Shown piece by piece: positions 60,606 through 64,000 of a stretch of 64,000 bases of DNA (position 1 is the stretch's first letter; the number at the start of each line of letters is the position of its first letter). This DNA is from Alphaproteobacteria bacterium UBA1301. Lineage in GTDB: Bacteria > Pseudomonadota > Alphaproteobacteria > Micropepsales > Micropepsaceae. A program made the position numbers and the translations under genes. The notes below the pieces were generated by a model. It ran no database searches and was not told the DNA's origin. It saw only the letters and a list, made by a program, of their open reading frames with translations. The DNA lies in assembly GCA_002307725.1 (NCBI GenBank), contig DBUB01000007.1:136003-200002 (forward strand), read 5' to 3'.

Positions 60606-62402
60606 CTATTTTTCTACCAATGAGAGCACGTACTTTGTCAATTCAGCGAAATGATCCGGATCGTTCTCTAGAATCCATTCTGTTAGTGCTCTGCCGTGCC
60701 TGATTTTTCCATAATCTGTTTGAATTAGATTGCTAAACAATGATGTCAGAAGGCGAGGTGCATCGACTGTCCGCCACCACTCGCCAGTGCGGTAAGCCCC
60801 CATCCACTTTTCTGAACCGGAAAAAGTTTCGGCGTTTTTATCCAGCCAATCAATAATCAGAGCTTCTGAAGTTTCACCAAGCCCCAAGGACTTTGCCTCA
60901 GAACATATAATCGCGGTGAGGGCGTGCGGATGCACTAGAAAACATTCGTAACATCGCGCCGGTAGAAATTTAACGGTCCCCTTTGTTTCTGTTTCGACGC
61001 TGGCAATGTAGGCTTCTGATCTCTTCTCTCGATCGAATGAAAAGTGAAGCGAGTTTGGCAAAATCGCATTGGCGTCGGTCAGCTTTTTGTAAATATCTAG
61101 AACAACTTCGTCGGTTCCGGCTTTTCTGACGATTTCGTCAACACTTCTGACCGCTACGAAATCAACATCCGCCTTTACCGTTCCTCTTTCTCTTTGCAGG
61201 ATAAGTGGAAAGCACTTCTCCTCGGTCGGGCCTTCGACCCAGACGATGCGTTCCATCCCAAACACATCGGCCGCGGACACGCCAATTTCAGCAAGCACGC
61301 GGCGCTGACTCGAGATCGTTTTTCTTTCAAGCTTCTCAACGACGCTCTCACCTTCCACTAGGCGAACAATAAAAACAGCATCGGGATCCGCCGCAGCGAT
61401 GATTTCGGGAGAATGGGTAGACAGAAGATACTGGTGCTTATACTGCGCCAATATCTCAATCAATTTCTTCGCCGCGCCCGGGTGCAGGAAGGAGTTTGGT
61501 TCATCAATAGCAATGACGCCTCTATCAGTTGTCATGGCGACATAGAGAATGGCTAACGCTTGGCCAACGCCGGTGCCACTTTCCGCTAGTGGAATCCGCA
61601 AGTCTTCGCGTTTTGTTGCGGTATCGACCGGCCAAAGCTGGATTCCAACTTGGTTTCCTTGCCCGACGACTGCCACATATTTGATGTATGGAAAAATCTC
61701 ATTCACATGGCGAACGTATTGCGCATAAAGCTCAGGATTTCCTATTAGTGAAAATAGGACGAGTGGGAGGTTTGCTGCATTGTTTTCAAGGATGTGTTGT
61801 TCGGTGAAGTTAAGTCGACTGATGTTGAATCTCTCAGCTTTGAACGCATAGACCTTATCCGGCAGCAGATATGTCACAAGTTGCCACGCGGTATCCTGCT
61901 CACCATTGGCTAGGCCGCTAGCGCTGTATGATCTGTTGTTGTCGCTGAGCGTTATTTGCGTGAAATTTTTTTGTCTAGCCGGAAGTTCGAACATGGCGTG
62001 GGAAGGGTATTGCAGAGATTGGACTCCGTTGGCATAGAATCGAAGCCTAAATGTTGGTTTGCCGGTTTCAAAAAAACTCTTAGCAAATTCCTGCGCTTGG
62101 ACGCCCGGTTGAACGGGAAGTTGAAGAGACGCCCTTTGCCGTGAGAGCGCTCCAAATAGCTCGCCTTTTGATGGTACAAACTCAAAATCAAATTGACTAT
62201 TTGGCGGCGATGCTTCGCCTCGGTGTTGGCGGATGTTCCGGTGCGGAAGATTCGGCGTATTGTTGAAACGGAAGGCCTCCAGGAGTGCAGTTTTCCCGGA
62301 GCTGTTCTTGCCGACTAAGACGTTGAATCCGTCGTTGAGTTCGATCCAGCCGGAATCGGAAAAGCTTTTGTAGTTTTGGATTCGCAGCTTGGTGATGCGC
62401 AT
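60606..62402 (-). CDS. ABC-type (OLD/RecF-like, AAA_15/AAA_21-type) ATPase fused to a C-terminal Toprim/DUF4435-like domain; candidate anti-phage defence nuclease
   Basis: 598 aa in clearly AT-richer DNA. MRITKLRIQNYKSF, Walker A GKNSSGKT (aa 31-38), SGTG (275-278), Walker B VIAIDEPNSFLHP (296-308), LSTHSP (327-332). C-terminal IVWVEGPTEE (386-395), FSFDRE (454-459), LPARCYECFL (480-489). Confidence 0.7.
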   Translation of the reverse strand: MRITKLRIQNYKSFSDSGWIELNDGFNVLVGKNSSGKTALLEAFRFNNTPNLPHRNIRQHRGEASPPNSQFDFEFVPSKGELFGALSRQRASLQLPVQPGVQAQEFAKSFFETGKPTFRLRFYANGVQSLQYPSHAMFELPARQKNFTQITLSDNNRSYSASGLANGEQDTAWQLVTYLLPDKVYAFKAERFNISRLNFTEQHILENNAANLPLVLFSLIGNPELYAQYVRHVNEIFPYIKYVAVVGQGNQVGIQLWPVDTATKREDLRIPLAESGTGVGQALAILYVAMTTDRGVIAIDEPNSFLHPGAAKKLIEILAQYKHQYLLSTHSPEIIAAADPDAVFIVRLVEGESVVEKLERKTISSQRRVLAEIGVSAADVFGMERIVWVEGPTEEKCFPLILQRERGTVKADVDFVAVRSVDEIVRKAGTDEVVLDIYKKLTDANAILPNSLHFSFDREKRSEAYIASVETETKGTVKFLPARCYECFLVHPHALTAIICSEAKSLGLGETSEALIIDWLDKNAETFSGSEKWMGAYRTGEWWRTVDAPRLLTSLFSNLIQTDYGKIRHGRALTEWILENDPDHFAELTKYVLSLVEK

Positions 62403-62458
62403 CAGTTGGCCTCGGTCCTGAGTCTCAACATGCTACGGTATCGCGTTTGCATTGGAAC

Positions 62459-62487
62459 AAAAAAGCCCCGGCGTTTCCACCGGGGCT
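62459..62487 (-). terminator. Rho-independent terminator of groEL
   Basis: Minus strand: agccccgg-tggaaacg-ccggggct followed by ttttttg. Confidence 0.75.
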
Positions 62488-62518
62488 TTCCGTATTTGAC
62501 TTTGGTGCGATCTTGAAA

Positions 62519-62582
62519 ACCGCCCCCCACCCGGAGCGGCTTGCGCCGCTCCGACCTCCCCGCGAGGGGGAGGTTGTTGGGG
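62519..62582. repeat. GC-rich double-hairpin intergenic element
   Basis: ccccccacccggagcggcttgcgccgctccgacctccccgcgagggggaggt, with hairpins ggagcggc-ttgc-gccgctcc and cctcccc-gcga-gggggagg. A related CCCCCGC-NN-GCGGGGG hairpin lies at 59695-59720. Confidence 0.5.
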
Positions 62583-62583
62583 A

Positions 62584-64000
62584 TCAATAATCCATATCGC
62601 CCATGCCGCCCATGCCGCCGCCGGGCATTGCCGGGGCTGCTTCTTTCTTCGGACGGTCGGCGATCATGGCTTCGGTGGTGACCAGCAGCGCGGCCACCGA
62701 GGCAGCGTTCTGGATCGCGATGCGCACGACCTTGGTCGGGTCAACGATGCCGGCTTCGATCAGATCGACATACTGTTCGGTCTGCGCGTTGTAGCCGTAG
62801 TTGGCGTTTTTCTGGTCGAGCAGCTTGCCGACGACGATGGAGGCTTCCACGCCAGCGTTCTCGACGATCTGGCGGATCGGCGACTGGATCGCCTTGCGCA
62901 CGATCGCGATGCCGACGTTCTGGTCGTCGTTCTCACCAACGAGGGCGGCGAGCGCCTTGGTGGTGTAGAGCAGGGCCGCACCGCCGCCGGGGACGATACC
63001 TTCTTCCACGGCTGCCTTGGTGGCATTGAGCGCGTCGTCAACGCGATCCTTTTTCTCTTTCACTTCCACTTCGGTGGCGCCGCCGACGCGGATGACGGCC
63101 ACGCCGCCCGCCAGCTTGGCCAGACGTTCCTGCAGCTTCTCTTTGTCGTAATCGGAAGTGGTCTCTTCGATCTGCTGCTTGATCTGAGCAACGCGGGCCT
63201 GGATGTCTTTCTTCTGGCCGGCGCCGTCGATGATCGTGGTGTCGTCCTTGGTGATCTTCACGCGCTTGGCAGTGCCGAGCATGGTCAGCTTGACGTTCTC
63301 AAGCTTGATGCCGAGGTCTTCGCTGATGACCTGGCCACCGGTGACGATGGCGATGTCTTCCAGCATGGCCTTGCGGCGATCGCCGAAGCCCGGCGCCTTG
63401 ACGGCCGCAACCTTGAGGCCGCCGCGCAGCTTGTTGACCACCAAGGTGGCCAGGGCTTCGCCTTCGACTTCTTCGGCAATGATGAGGAGCGGACGGCCCG
63501 ACTGCACGATCGATTCCAGGATCGGCAGCAGGTCCTTCAGCGTGCTCAGCTTCTTCTCGTGGATGAGGATGTAGGGTTCCTCAAGCTCGGCCACCATCTT
63601 CTCGGCGTTGGTGACGAAATAGGGGCTGATATAGCCGCGGTCGAACTGCATGCCTTCGACGACTTCCAGCTCGGTGTCCTGGCTCTTGGCTTCTTCAACC
63701 GTGATGACGCCTTCGTTGCCGACCTTGGCCATCGCTTCGGCGATCATCTTGCCGACGGCAACGTCGCCATTGGCCGAAATGGTGCCGACCTGGGCGATTT
63801 CGTCGTTCGACTTGATCTTCTTGGAGCGCTTCTTGAGGTCCGTGACGACCGCTTCCACGGCCTTCTCGATACCGCGCTTCAGATCCATCGGGTTCATGCC
63901 GGCGGCGACCGACTTGGCGCCTTCGCGCACGATCGAGCGGGCCAGAACCGTGGCCGTGGTGGTGCCGTCGCCGGCCGCGTCATTGGTCTTGGAAGCCACT
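62584..64000 (-). CDS. groEL: chaperonin GroEL, C-terminal ~470 aa (5' end beyond the window)
   Basis: ...[34 protein letters not shown]...[43 protein letters not shown]...[11 protein letters not shown]. The leading M in the track is an artefact of an internal GTG. Confidence 0.95.
   Translation of the reverse strand, partial: VASKTNDAAGDGTTTATVLARSIVREGAKSVAAGMNPMDLKRGIEKAVEAVVTDLKKRSKKIKSNDEIAQVGTISANGDVAVGKMIAEAMAKVGNEGVITVEEAKSQDTELEVVEGMQFDRGYISPYFVTNAEKMVAELEEPYILIHEKKLSTLKDLLPILESIVQSGRPLLIIAEEVEGEALATLVVNKLRGGLKVAAVKAPGFGDRRKAMLEDIAIVTGGQVISEDLGIKLENVKLTMLGTAKRVKITKDDTTIIDGAGQKKDIQARVAQIKQQIEETTSDYDKEKLQERLAKLAGGVAVIRVGGATEVEVKEKKDRVDDALNATKAAVEEGIVPGGGAALLYTTKALAALVGENDDQNVGIAIVRKAIQSPIRQIVENAGVEASIVVGKLLDQKNANYGYNAQTEQYVDLIEAGIVDPTKVVRIAIQNAASVAALLVTTEAMIADRPKKEAAPAMPGGGMGGMGDMDY

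Noticed and set aside
62402-62587. 61-aa ORF between the ATPase gene and groEL, considered as a possible small partner gene
   Set aside because: Its translation is Arg/Pro-rich, and it consists of the groEL terminator and the GC-rich hairpin element read as protein.

Overview
A high-GC (by eye above 60 %) chromosomal segment whose gene content and repeat style look alphaproteobacterial (Rhizobiales-like). That taxonomic call is an inference, not a search result. About 60 protein genes, two tRNA-Ser genes and no rRNA, CRISPR array, transposase or integrase were recognised.

Most of the window is core or housekeeping:
- rlmJ, trxB with a divergent Lrp-family regulator, and a LysR regulator
- a LemA-TPM-TPM operon, a TonB-dependent receptor and an EF-G paralog
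- aspartate aminotransferase
- a NodT outer-membrane factor next to a STAS-MlaE/MlaF/MlaD/PqiC-like transporter, and a FixL-type kinase
- an ArnT-like/GT2/LAB_N envelope glycosylation cluster
- corA, znuA, thrS-infC, an MCP and the 3' part of groEL

Four regions stand out.
1. 58.7-62.5 kb is a toxin-antitoxin-rich islet next to groEL. It holds parD-DUF4160-DUF2442, mazEF and a truncated second parD. A clearly AT-richer single-gene insertion (60606-62402) encodes an ABC-type ATPase fused to a Toprim/DUF4435-like domain. This is an OLD class-1 or fused-PARIS-like architecture and is my best candidate for an uncharacterised defence gene.
2. 37.7-42.3 kb is a translationally coupled operon. It encodes a lysine-2,3-aminomutase-family radical SAM enzyme, two D-Ala-D-Ala-ligase-like ATP-grasp enzymes, a CxxCxxCC protein and a Cys-motif protein. 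The product is unknown.
3. 2.1-7.0 kb is a corrinoid methyltransferase module: corrinoid protein, RamA/RACE-type activator, DUF1638, a homocysteine S-methyltransferase domain and a UroD/MtaA-family methyltransferase. It looks like a split methionine synthase with a non-folate methyl-donor module.
4. Two intergenic regions carry orphan intrinsic terminators preceded by stacked hairpins (15.04-15.18 kb and 26.04-26.36 kb), so both are candidate small or structured RNAs.

A REP/MITE-like inverted-pair repeat family also occurs at 10.83-11.02 kb and 37.32-37.49 kb.

All calls come from reading the supplied ORF translations and the DNA by eye. No searches, folding or GC computations were run.
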